Shown here piece by piece: positions 20,393 through 29,349 of a stretch of 64,000 nt of DNA. This DNA comes from Candidatus Poribacteria bacterium (GTDB lineage: Bacteria > Poribacteria > WGA-4E > WGA-3G). A program made the translations under genes and the position numbers. Under the pieces are notes generated by a model. It ran no database searches, was not told where the DNA came from, and saw only the letters and a list, made by a program, of their open reading frames with translations. The stretch covers positions 1,255,827 to 1,319,826 of the forward strand of contig OZ244616.1 in assembly GCA_965218285.1 (NCBI GenBank). The letters are read 5' to 3'. The first letter of the stretch is position 1, and the number at the start of each line of letters is the position of its first letter.

Positions 20393-22276
20393 TTAGTAGC
20401 GAAGAATTGTAGTAGAATCACCAACGATCCATAGAGTTCCGTTCGGAGTTTTTATAATATCTCTCAGATTGTTTGAAGTTGGTGAACTATATTTCAACCA
20501 TGTGACACCCCCATCAGAAGTTTGCAGAATTATACCTTTGTCTCCAACAGCCCATCCCTCTTTTTCATTTACAAAGAGGATGGCGTTTAGGTTTTCTTCA
20601 GTGGGAACTGTTTGATCAATCCACGTTTCTCCACCATCAGTGGTAATCATGATTGCACCTTGACTGCCAGCAGCCCATGCAGTTTTTGGGTCAATTGCAT
20701 AGATGTCTTGCAATTCGACATACCCGCCGGTAACGCTCCAAGTTTCGCCGCCATCAACTGTGCTTGCAATCGTGCCAGCCGTACCGACAATCCAACCGAC
20801 TTTTTCATCAAGGAAATGAACACCGAACAGATTGTTAAATCCAGCACCTGTAAAACCTGGATCAATATTCACACCTACCCATGTTTCTCCACCATCGTTG
20901 GTACGCATGACTTTCCCTATTTCACCGACTGCCCATGCGTGTCCTGGCGCGATATAACTCATAGCATAACATGCCATAGCACTTTTCCAATCGAACATTT
21001 CATCATCAAATTTAATTCTTGCGGCTCTACCGTGTCCTTCATCGCTTGCATCACTAACACTTTTCCATGTTTTTCCGCCATCAAGTGTTTCAAGCAAGGC
21101 AGCGTTACTACCAACTATGTAACCTTTTTTATCATTCACAAAACCGACACCGAACAGTTCAAAAACATCGCCGCTATTTTGAGGTTTCCATGTCTTACCG
21201 CCATCGTTCGTGTGTAGAACACTTCCTGCTAAACCGACTGCCCAGCCAAGTTTATCGCCTCGAAAATGGACAGCGCGTAGATCGTTTGTATTAGATACGA
21301 CTTCCCAAGTTGCCCCACCATCGGTTGTGTGGAGAATAGTCGCCTTATCGCCAACTATCCATGCTTCGGTTGGACTCATCATGTAGACACCTTGAAGACG
21401 TGCTGCAACAGGACGAGGTTCGATAGGTTTCCAAGTAATACCGCCATCCATCGTACTGAGGATAACACCGAATTCCGCTGCTGCGAAACCAACATTTCTA
21501 TCAGCGAAGTGAACATCCCAAATCGGTTCAGGCATTCCGTTGGAATTAGGCACATTACTCTGTTGAACATCCCAGTTAATTCCATCAACTGTTCCTACAA
21601 CAGCACCACTAGCACCAACTGCCCACCCTGTTGTTCCATCAAGCATGGAAATTGCATCAAACGTGTTGCCCGTTGCAATGGTTTGAAACTGCCACGTATT
21701 GCCACCGTCTGTTGTATGAAGTAGTGTCCCGCCACTTCCAGCTGCCCATCCGACTTGAGGACTTACAAAGTGGATTCCCTCAATTGTGTTATTCGTTCCA
21801 ACATCCTGCTGAATCCAGGTAACGCCACCGTCATTGGTATGCATCACGAACCCGCCATCACCACAAGCCCATCCATGCTGTTTATCAACAAATGAAACAC
21901 CTAACAAGGCAACACGGTTTCCGGTGGATAGTTTTGTCCACTCCTGCCCGCCATCAAGTGTTTTTAACACAGTTCCGTTATCACCCACAACCCAGCCCAT
22001 TTTAGGGCTGATAAACCGAACCTTCTTGAATTCAATTTTAAAGGGTAAAGGTTGCCTCGGTTGTTGTTGCCAAGTCTTACCGCCATCAGTGGTATTTAAA
22101 ATGGTTGAATTGCTCCCAACTATCCAACCGTTCAGGGTGTCTACGAAAAAGACATCAGAAAATGTTGCTTGCCATTCAGATTCGCTGACCTTAACCCATT
22201 CTTTTTGAGCCATAACAAACTGTGTTGTGCTAAGCAACAAAGTCAATACGATTAAAAATAAAATTCCTCGTTTCAT
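20393..22276 (-). CDS. YCF48-like/BNR-repeat beta-propeller secreted protein
   Basis: Repeated V.F.....GW.VG..G..L.T.DGG.TW; signal peptide MKRGILF. Confidence 0.9.
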   Translation of the reverse strand: MKRGILFLIVLTLLLSTTQFVMAQKEWVKVSESEWQATFSDVFFVDTLNGWIVGSNSTILNTTDGGKTWQQQPRQPLPFKIEFKKVRFISPKMGWVVGDNGTVLKTLDGGQEWTKLSTGNRVALLGVSFVDKQHGWACGDGGFVMHTNDGGVTWIQQDVGTNNTIEGIHFVSPQVGWAAGSGGTLLHTTDGGNTWQFQTIATGNTFDAISMLDGTTGWAVGASGAVVGTVDGINWDVQQSNVPNSNGMPEPIWDVHFADRNVGFAAAEFGVILSTMDGGITWKPIEPRPVAARLQGVYMMSPTEAWIVGDKATILHTTDGGATWEVVSNTNDLRAVHFRGDKLGWAVGLAGSVLHTNDGGKTWKPQNSGDVFELFGVGFVNDKKGYIVGSNAALLETLDGGKTWKSVSDASDEGHGRAARIKFDDEMFDWKSAMACYAMSYIAPGHAWAVGEIGKVMRTNDGGETWVGVNIDPGFTGAGFNNLFGVHFLDEKVGWIVGTAGTIASTVDGGETWSVTGGYVELQDIYAIDPKTAWAAGSQGAIMITTDGGETWIDQTVPTEENLNAILFVNEKEGWAVGDKGIILQTSDGGVTWLKYSSPTSNNLRDIIKTPNGTLWIVGDSTTILRY

Positions 22277-22690
22277 CACTCTTCGGGCTGGAGACCCCTC
22301 GCCTTTAGGCAGGGGAGGAAAGCCCGCCTCCTATTATAGTTATAATTTGTCCCCAAAAGGGGGAGTGCTGTTTTATCTCCACCTGCACACTGGGAGTCTG
22401 GATTCAGTTGTGCTGCTTCGTTCAGTGAGACTGTCACTACTCGCTTACTTGACCTGACACGATGTCTTTACCAGAAAATAATGGCTATAAGCCCACGCTC
22501 TCGCGGTATATGTTTCCCCATCGACATCACGGGATCAGAGCGGATACAGACTTGGGGAGCATCCGTAACATCTTGTTGCCTGCCACGACAAGACCCGCGA
22601 TATATCGTCTAGTCAACCGTTTAACTTGTGGAGTGGACGCTTGGCATGCGCTTCGCACAAGCCCCGATGCTTTAGCGCGGGGTTATTGAC
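22277..22690 (-). mobile_element. Non-autonomous IscB/IsrB-type IS200/IS605 element carrying an omegaRNA-like scaffold (copy 1)
   Basis: Near-identical inverted copy at 48531-48949; terminal hairpins; TTCAT flank and TTGAC end; no credible ORF. Confidence 0.8.
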
Positions 22691-22723
22691 TCTTCTCCTC
22701 CTACTATTAATCTGATCAATCTT

Positions 22724-22914
22724 ATACCAAACTAACGCGATTTGAAGTCTTCTGATAAAGTCAGCATTGCAAGGCACGGGGACCTCGCGCTACGAATCGG
22801 GTTAATTTAGTATTACTCAAATTTGTTTTTGAAGTCTTCTGATAAAGTCAGCATTGCAAGGCACGGGGACCTCGCGCTACGAATCGGGTTAATTTAGTAT
22901 TACTCAAATTTGTT
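22724..22914. repeat. Two tandem REP-carrying units
   Basis: TTTGAAGTCTTCTGATAAAGTCAGCATTGCAAGGCACGGGGACCTCGCGCTACGAATCGGGTTAATTTAGTATTACTCAAATTTGTT repeated twice. Confidence 0.85.
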
Positions 22915-23101
22915 AGTGCGTGCTTCGGTGATACACCATCTATATTCTGAAATAACATCTATAAATCCGTTAAAGTATATCACTTTTTAGATTAAACGTC
23001 AACGTGAAATTGGGGTGGTTTAATCAAAATCTACTTGTAATATATCCGATGATATTGTAAAATACGCATAAGTAATATAAAATATCAGGAGAACCTCTAA
23101 A

Positions 23102-24052
23102 ATGCTAAAAGCTGGATTTATCGGTGCAGGGGGACGCAGCCAAGGCGCGCATTATCCAAGTGTCAACCGTCTTGAAGACGATGTTGAGATGTCCGCAGCT
23201 TGTGAACTTGACGAAGGAAAACTTGCACAAGTTGCACAAAAATATGAGTTCCCACACACCTTTACTGACCACCGTAAGATGTTGGATACACTTGATTTAG
23301 ATGTAGTTTATTGTGTGATGAACGAAAAGTGGATTTTACAACCTGCCCTGGATTGCCTCAACGCAGGAAAACATATTTTTATTGAAAAACCTCCCGGCGC
23401 AACGAGTGATGAAACACAACAATTGTTGGAAGCAGCAGTTGCCAATGATGTATACTGTATGGTTGGGTTTCAACGTAGGTTTGCCGCTGTTACACGCGAA
23501 GCAATGCGTAGGGTCTCAGAAAAAGGTCCCGTTTCCTTAGCAGTTACAACATTTAACAAGCAGGTGCTCGGCAGTAACAGAGAATTCACAACGACGCTTT
23601 GGAATGATGTCTGTCACGTTGTTGATCTGCTCCGCTATATGGCAGGTGGAGAACCCGTTGAAGTCACAGCACATCGCGACATGTTTGGCTCGGAACAGCG
23701 TAACTTCTATACCGCTTTCGTGCGTTTTGATAATAATGTCACTGGGGTTGTTTTTGGTAATCGTGCATCGGGGGGACGCGTGCTAAGGTCTGAATTACAC
23801 GGTGTCGGTATAGGATGTTACATGAAAATCCCTGAAGAAATCGAAATATATGAGAACAACCAAAGGAATGTTATGGGAGGTTGGGAAGTAGATGGTGTTG
23901 ACGAACGCGATTCTGCAAGTTACGAAGGTGTGCTTACAATGCATCAACACTTTGTAGACTGTGTGCGAAATAAAAAAGTTCCACTTACCGACCTACGCGA
24001 TGTTATCCATTCTATTCACCTTGTTGACCAAATAGAAGGTCCTTTATCTTAA
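23102..24052 (+). CDS. Gfo/Idh/MocA-family oxidoreductase
   Basis: GFIGAGG, AGKHIFIEKP, VGFQRRF, HVVDL. Confidence 0.92.
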   Translation: MLKAGFIGAGGRSQGAHYPSVNRLEDDVEMSAACELDEGKLAQVAQKYEFPHTFTDHRKMLDTLDLDVVYCVMNEKWILQPALDCLNAGKHIFIEKPPGATSDETQQLLEAAVANDVYCMVGFQRRFAAVTREAMRRVSEKGPVSLAVTTFNKQVLGSNREFTTTLWNDVCHVVDLLRYMAGGEPVEVTAHRDMFGSEQRNFYTAFVRFDNNVTGVVFGNRASGGRVLRSELHGVGIGCYMKIPEEIEIYENNQRNVMGGWEVDGVDERDSASYEGVLTMHQHFVDCVRNKKVPLTDLRDVIHSIHLVDQIEGPLS

Positions 24053-24184
24053 CGTGAGTTTGATATGTGGCAAATTCTAAAAATATGCGGACATCTTCGT
24101 AGGGGTTAGGTTGCCTAACCCCTACGGGCGAGGGGATCTCGCCCCTACGAGCAGCACGAAGTCTCGTTTTTACCAAACTCACGT
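24052..24184. mobile_element. ACGTGAG-type MITE with two REP hairpins
   Basis: TAACGTGAGTTTG...CAAACTCACGTTA; GTAGGGGTTAGGTTGCCTAACCCCTAC and GGGCGAGGGGATCTCGCCCCTAC inside. Confidence 0.75.
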
Positions 24185-24543
24185 TATTCGAACAGAACGA
24201 TCCGATTCGTCAACAACTCCTTGGCGGTGGGACGAATGCCAACGGTCATTTTTCTCCGAAGGATGTTGATGTGCCTTTGAAGGTATGGCTTGAAGATAAT
24301 AGTGCTATTTCAAGGTGACTGTCGCGAGTTTATTGAAAGTACAATCTCTTTTCTAACTTTTATTGCTAATTGATCTGATATTTCTCATACTGGTCTTGAA
24401 CCTAATAATAATCAATAGAAACAAGGTCCAACGCCATGAAAATGCGTTAATGAGTTTAGAGAACCGACACGGTGTGCATACGAACTTAGGTGTAAAAGTT
24501 TTGATAAATATCAGTATATTTAGGTTCCAAATGGAGACAACTA

Positions 24544-25431
24544 ATGTCAGAAAGAAAGCACAATTTGGAAAGTATAGATCTTACGAAAGAACGAAAAGTA
24601 AGGGATCGAAAACAGAAAGAAGAAACCCGCGGTAAGCATTATTATGCAAATGCCAATAGTTTTAGTCGGGAAAATAATCGGTTACCTGATGAGTTTACTA
24701 ATAAGATTGTCTGTGGTGACTCAAAACTCGTCCTTCAGGAATTACCGGATAATTGCATTGATCTTATCTTCACTTCACCCCCATATAACTTTGGGCTGGA
24801 TTACGAACAGACCGAAGACGCATTCGCGTGGGATTCCTACTTCAAGGTGTTATTTGGTATTTTTGATGAGTGCATCAGAATTCTGAAGTATGGAGGACGT
24901 ATTATCGTAAACGTCCAACCTCTTTTTTCAGATTATATCCCAACGCATCATTTTATTTCACAATACTTTATGCGTAAAAAACTTATCTGGAAAGGTGAGA
25001 TTTTATGGGAAAAAAACCACTACAATTGCAAGTATACAGCTTGGGGTAGTTGGAAGAGTCCATCAAGTCCGTATCTCAAATATACGTGGGAATTTTTAGA
25101 AATCTTTTGCAAAGGTTCGTTGAAAAAAACGGGTGATTCAAAAAATGCCGATATTGACGCAGAATCATTCAAGAATTGGGTCTCGGCTAAATGGACAATA
25201 GCACCTGAGCATAAAATGAAGGAATTTGGACATCCAGCAATGTTTCCTGAAGAATTAGCAAATCGAGTACTGAAGTTGTTTAGTTTTAAAGGAGATGTTA
25301 TTCTTGATCCTTTTGCGGGTGTTGGAACAACTTGTCTCTCAGCACATATAAATCAGCGTCTCTATTTGGGAATTGACATTTCGCCTGAGTATTGCCAAAC
25401 AGCAGAAGATCGATTGCGCCTTTTATTCTGA
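24544..25431 (+). CDS. Site-specific DNA methyltransferase (N4-C/N6-A, beta class)
   Basis: TSPPY before HPAMFP and DPFAGVGTT. Confidence 0.93.
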   Translation: MSERKHNLESIDLTKERKVRDRKQKEETRGKHYYANANSFSRENNRLPDEFTNKIVCGDSKLVLQELPDNCIDLIFTSPPYNFGLDYEQTEDAFAWDSYFKVLFGIFDECIRILKYGGRIIVNVQPLFSDYIPTHHFISQYFMRKKLIWKGEILWEKNHYNCKYTAWGSWKSPSSPYLKYTWEFLEIFCKGSLKKTGDSKNADIDAESFKNWVSAKWTIAPEHKMKEFGHPAMFPEELANRVLKLFSFKGDVILDPFAGVGTTCLSAHINQRLYLGIDISPEYCQTAEDRLRLLF

Positions 25432-25475
25432 ATAGTCTTTATTTATAACGCTTCTTGTAAAGATGGGATAAATCA

Positions 25476-26174
25476 ATGCCAAATGAACTCGATTACCCAG
25501 ACTGCGAGTCAATTGTAGAATTGTATACGAAAAGTGTCCAGTCAATGTTTGGCAAGAAACCTGGAGAGATACGTGGACAAAAAGGCGCACTTGTAGAGAA
25601 TATTATTGATGCTATCACACTTCTTGCATGGAAAGAAATAGGCGGTGAATTGCCCCGCTTTAATGTAAAGAAGCAATCCGAAAGAATTGTTATTAACGAT
25701 GCTTATGTCAAAAATCTGCCAGATGAATATATTAAGTTACATATTCAAAGGAATAAAGGTAAATATATTTGCAAGGTAGAACTTGATCGGGCGATTGAAA
25801 TAGATGGTAAGTTGGTTATTGGTATCGAATGCAAGTCTTATATTGAAAATGCGATGCTCAAAAGGACTTTGAAAGATTTTGAGTTAATCGAAAAACTCCT
25901 CTATCCACAACTTATTTTTTGTGTGTTTCAATTTGAAAATGGCTTAGGAGGAGATTACGGAGAAGTAAGTAAACAGGTTCAGTTAGGTAGTGAACCAACT
26001 CATACTTTACTATCTCATACTCCAACAGTAAGGTTAGAAATCATAACCCTCCTTGATGGAAATAGAAAATCAAATAGGGAAATACATAAGCCACAATATT
26101 TTAAGGAATTGCCAGTTGAGAATGTAGTTATTTGTGTTGGTAAATTTCGGGAAATACTTGAGCCCTTTGTTTAG
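25476..26174 (+). CDS. Putative type II restriction endonuclease
   Basis: Directly after the methyltransferase; E...LD...IECKSY PD-(D/E)xK-like motif. Confidence 0.65.
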   Translation: MPNELDYPDCESIVELYTKSVQSMFGKKPGEIRGQKGALVENIIDAITLLAWKEIGGELPRFNVKKQSERIVINDAYVKNLPDEYIKLHIQRNKGKYICKVELDRAIEIDGKLVIGIECKSYIENAMLKRTLKDFELIEKLLYPQLIFCVFQFENGLGGDYGEVSKQVQLGSEPTHTLLSHTPTVRLEIITLLDGNRKSNREIHKPQYFKELPVENVVICVGKFREILEPFV

Positions 26175-26263
26175 TAAAGATCACTCCCAGACACAGGAAT
26201 TATTGTAAATAAGTAAGATGTGGAAACATAATTAAGATATTGATATTAATAACGGAGGAAGTT

Positions 26264-26512
26264 GTGTTAACCAAAATCCAGAAATCAGAGAACAGCGATG
26301 ACATCTACTTAACAAAGAATATGTTGCTGGCAGCACAAATGAACGTAGGAGATGATGTCCAGGTTACGATTCAAAACGGTAGGATAATCGTTGAAACCGT
26401 TGCCCAAGCGCGTAGACGAACTGATTTGCAAGCATTACTTGCCAAAATGCCAGAAGATTATCAACCAGAAGAAATAGATTGGAATAAGCCTGTTAGTAAA
26501 GAGGAATGGTAG
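26264..26512 (+). CDS. mazE: MazE/AbrB-family antitoxin, no toxin partner
   Basis: GGAGG + GTG; TKIQK...VGDDV...GRIIVE...LLAKMP...EEIDWNKPVSKEEW. Confidence 0.8.
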   Translation: MLTKIQKSENSDDIYLTKNMLLAAQMNVGDDVQVTIQNGRIIVETVAQARRRTDLQALLAKMPEDYQPEEIDWNKPVSKEEW

Positions 26513-28107
26513 AGCAAATTAAATCTGTTAAGAACATGAAATATAGAAAGTTTCATCGTCCATATCTAATATATTCACTTCTCATCCACATTGTCCTGCT
26601 GCTGGGTGTGTGGTGGCTTGCTTCAAAGGATGAATCTCCGTTGCCATTCATAGATGAGATTATCGGGGACTTTGTACTGATGCCTCGTTCTGCTGTATTG
26701 AAGCCGCCAGAACCGATTGAACCACCACTAGTTAAAACTGATATTCCTATTGAAGAGGCCAAGAAATCGCCTGCTCCACCGAAACCGACAGTTGATTTGA
26801 ACGCCGAGTGGCTAACAAGTGATAGTAATCAGGAAAGTATCCCTACAGTTGGGATTCGTAGACAAGAAAACCTTGATGGTCAACGAAAATCGAATGACAC
26901 TTTTACAGGTGGCACACACAATGTTCGGAATACTAATATTGGACAAAAAATAGACATTCAAACTACAAGTGTTAAAATTAATAGAGATCTGTTTGCTTTG
27001 TCAACAACCTCTGCAGATCCACAAGCAGAAACAAATCCGATAGAGTTAGACACAAGTGACACCTTAAATGGTGTTTCGCCAACTGTAGGTGCTCCTAAGA
27101 TACATTACGGAAGTCAACGTGGGGATGCGCTGCGAGCAACAGGAATGAGCAATGCATGGGGAGGCGGCGGTTACTCGGGTGGTGGCAAAGTCGGCGGAAA
27201 CTATATTGAAATGATGAAGGATATTGCTCAAGAACTGACTGCAGCAACGACATCTGAAAAGGTTGATATCGTTTTTATTATTGATGAAACCGCAAGTATG
27301 GTTGACAATATACGCGGAATTCGGGCGTATTTTGAATACTTCTATGAGGTCTTCCAACGAGAGGGACTCAATGCCAACTATGGATTGGTAACCTTTACAG
27401 ATAAAACAAAAATGCATGGACAAACAGATGATCTCGGTAAATTCAGAAATTGGCTTTTCAAGATAGATGTAGATCACGGTGGAGACATCTCAGAGGCAGG
27501 ATTAGATGCCCTGATGACTGCTGTTAAAAAGATTAAATTTCGCCGAAACGCACAACGTTTCTTTATTTTCGCAAGTGATGCAGCATTCCATGACGCAGAT
27601 TATGATGGTCGGTCTGTCCATAGCCTGGATGAAGTTATCGCAACCTTGCAAAAGGAACAGATTCGCGTTGAAGTGATTGGTATTGACTATTTGCCTATCA
27701 AACAGATTGCAATGGCAACAGGTGGTACGTGGCGCGCAATTCCGGGTAAAGGCTATCTTGAATATGTGCCGCCAATAACTCTAACTGCTAAAATGTTGTC
27801 AAAATTGGGCACACTCAGTATTGATGGTGGTACTGTTGGTGATAAAATTACTGTGTATGTCAATAACCCACCACGTCCAAAGCGGTTGACGTTGACGTGG
27901 AAGGTTCTTAACCCGTTAGGTGAGAGATGCTACGGTCCCTTCAAGGAAAAAATAGAAATTCCAGATGATACTTCAACGAAAATAGAATTGACGCCTGCTC
28001 TTGATAGTACTGCATTTCAGACTATCCCCGGTATTTACACCGTTATTTATCGTCTTGAAAATGATCGAGGACACAAAAGCATTCTCCGCAGAACATTAAC
28101 ATATTAA
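26506..28107 (+). CDS. Membrane-anchored VWA-domain protein
   Basis: SLLIH TM anchor, Pro-rich linker, DIVFIIDETASM, GGDISEA, SDAAFH; start may be 26536. Confidence 0.85.
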   Translation: MVEQIKSVKNMKYRKFHRPYLIYSLLIHIVLLLGVWWLASKDESPLPFIDEIIGDFVLMPRSAVLKPPEPIEPPLVKTDIPIEEAKKSPAPPKPTVDLNAEWLTSDSNQESIPTVGIRRQENLDGQRKSNDTFTGGTHNVRNTNIGQKIDIQTTSVKINRDLFALSTTSADPQAETNPIELDTSDTLNGVSPTVGAPKIHYGSQRGDALRATGMSNAWGGGGYSGGGKVGGNYIEMMKDIAQELTAATTSEKVDIVFIIDETASMVDNIRGIRAYFEYFYEVFQREGLNANYGLVTFTDKTKMHGQTDDLGKFRNWLFKIDVDHGGDISEAGLDALMTAVKKIKFRRNAQRFFIFASDAAFHDADYDGRSVHSLDEVIATLQKEQIRVEVIGIDYLPIKQIAMATGGTWRAIPGKGYLEYVPPITLTAKMLSKLGTLSIDGGTVGDKITVYVNNPPRPKRLTLTWKVLNPLGERCYGPFKEKIEIPDDTSTKIELTPALDSTAFQTIPGIYTVIYRLENDRGHKSILRRTLTY

Positions 28108-28171
28108 TTTCAGTAGACACGTCCCGAAATGTCATAACCTATATATAAACACACTCTAATGCCGAGAAAAT

Positions 28172-29341
28172 ATGAAAAACCTTATTTTTGAACAGTGTCA
28201 TCATCACTTTAACGATATTGTCGCTATACGCCGCGACATACACCAACATCCTGAACTTGAATTTGATGTTGAACGTACAGCCGGTATTGCTGCAGATGCG
28301 CTTGACGCACTTGGCATGGAAGTCAAAACAGGTATAGGAAGAACTGGGGTTATCGGTGATCTTGAAGTTTCAGGTGCAACAAAACGTATCGCGTTGCGCG
28401 CGGATATGGATGCTCTCCCAATTCAGGAACAGACTGATGTTCCCTATAAATCAACAATAGATGGCAAAGCGCACTTATGTGGACACGACGCACACACTGC
28501 GATGCTCATCGGCACAGCAAGAATACTATCTTATTTCAAAAGTAGTCTCAAGGCAAATATCCGATTTATCTTTCAACCGTGTGAAGAGGCGTTCCCCGGT
28601 GGTGCGCTATCAATGATTGCGGATGGCGCGATAGAAGACGTTGACGAAATCTACGGCATACATGTCTTTCCGCTGTATCCTGTCGGTCAGTATGCGACAT
28701 GCCCCGGTCCGATGCTTGCGCAATCGGACACCTTTGAGATTACAATAACAGGGAAAGGTGGACATGCTGCATTTCCACACCTCACTGTTGACCCGATTAT
28801 CGTTGGTACACAGTTTGTAAACGCAGCACAATCAGTTGTTTCAAGAAATGTGAATCCGTTAGACTCCGCTGTTGTCAGCATTACACAGTTTCACGGTGGA
28901 GATGCCAAAAACGTAATTCCTGCCTCTATAACACTTGGGGGTACGGTTCGGACTCTGGACAAAACGGTTCAGACAAGTATTAGGACACAGTTGGAAAACC
29001 TACTTGCTGGCATCGCGAATGCACACGATGCAACTTACACATTTGATTATCAAAAGGGATGTCCGGTAACATATAACCATGAACCTTGTGTTGACGTTGT
29101 TCTATCATCAGCGCAAACGTTAGTCGGGAATGATAATGTCATATATCCTATATCTCCAATACTTGGGGGAGAAGATTTCGCATGCTATTCGCAGAAGGTT
29201 CCTGCTTGTTTTGTAATGGTTGGTGCTGGAAATGAGCAGGAAGGTATCGCCAATATGTGCCATCACCCACAGTTTGATATAGATGAAACTTGTATGATAT
29301 ACGGCATGGCACTTACTGTGAGTTTGGGTTTAATAGAATAA
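28172..29341 (+). CDS. M20D amidohydrolase
   Basis: RRDIHQHPEL, LRADMDAL, CGHDAH, FQPCEE, GKGGHAA, EDF, HHPQF. Confidence 0.93.
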   Translation: MKNLIFEQCHHHFNDIVAIRRDIHQHPELEFDVERTAGIAADALDALGMEVKTGIGRTGVIGDLEVSGATKRIALRADMDALPIQEQTDVPYKSTIDGKAHLCGHDAHTAMLIGTARILSYFKSSLKANIRFIFQPCEEAFPGGALSMIADGAIEDVDEIYGIHVFPLYPVGQYATCPGPMLAQSDTFEITITGKGGHAAFPHLTVDPIIVGTQFVNAAQSVVSRNVNPLDSAVVSITQFHGGDAKNVIPASITLGGTVRTLDKTVQTSIRTQLENLLAGIANAHDATYTFDYQKGCPVTYNHEPCVDVVLSSAQTLVGNDNVIYPISPILGGEDFACYSQKVPACFVMVGAGNEQEGIANMCHHPQFDIDETCMIYGMALTVSLGLIE

Positions 29342-29349
29342 CAGGATTT

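Noticed and set aside
22462-22689. 75-aa ORF repeated at 48532-48762
   Set aside because: Antisense to the omegaRNA-like scaffold; conservation is explained by the repeat
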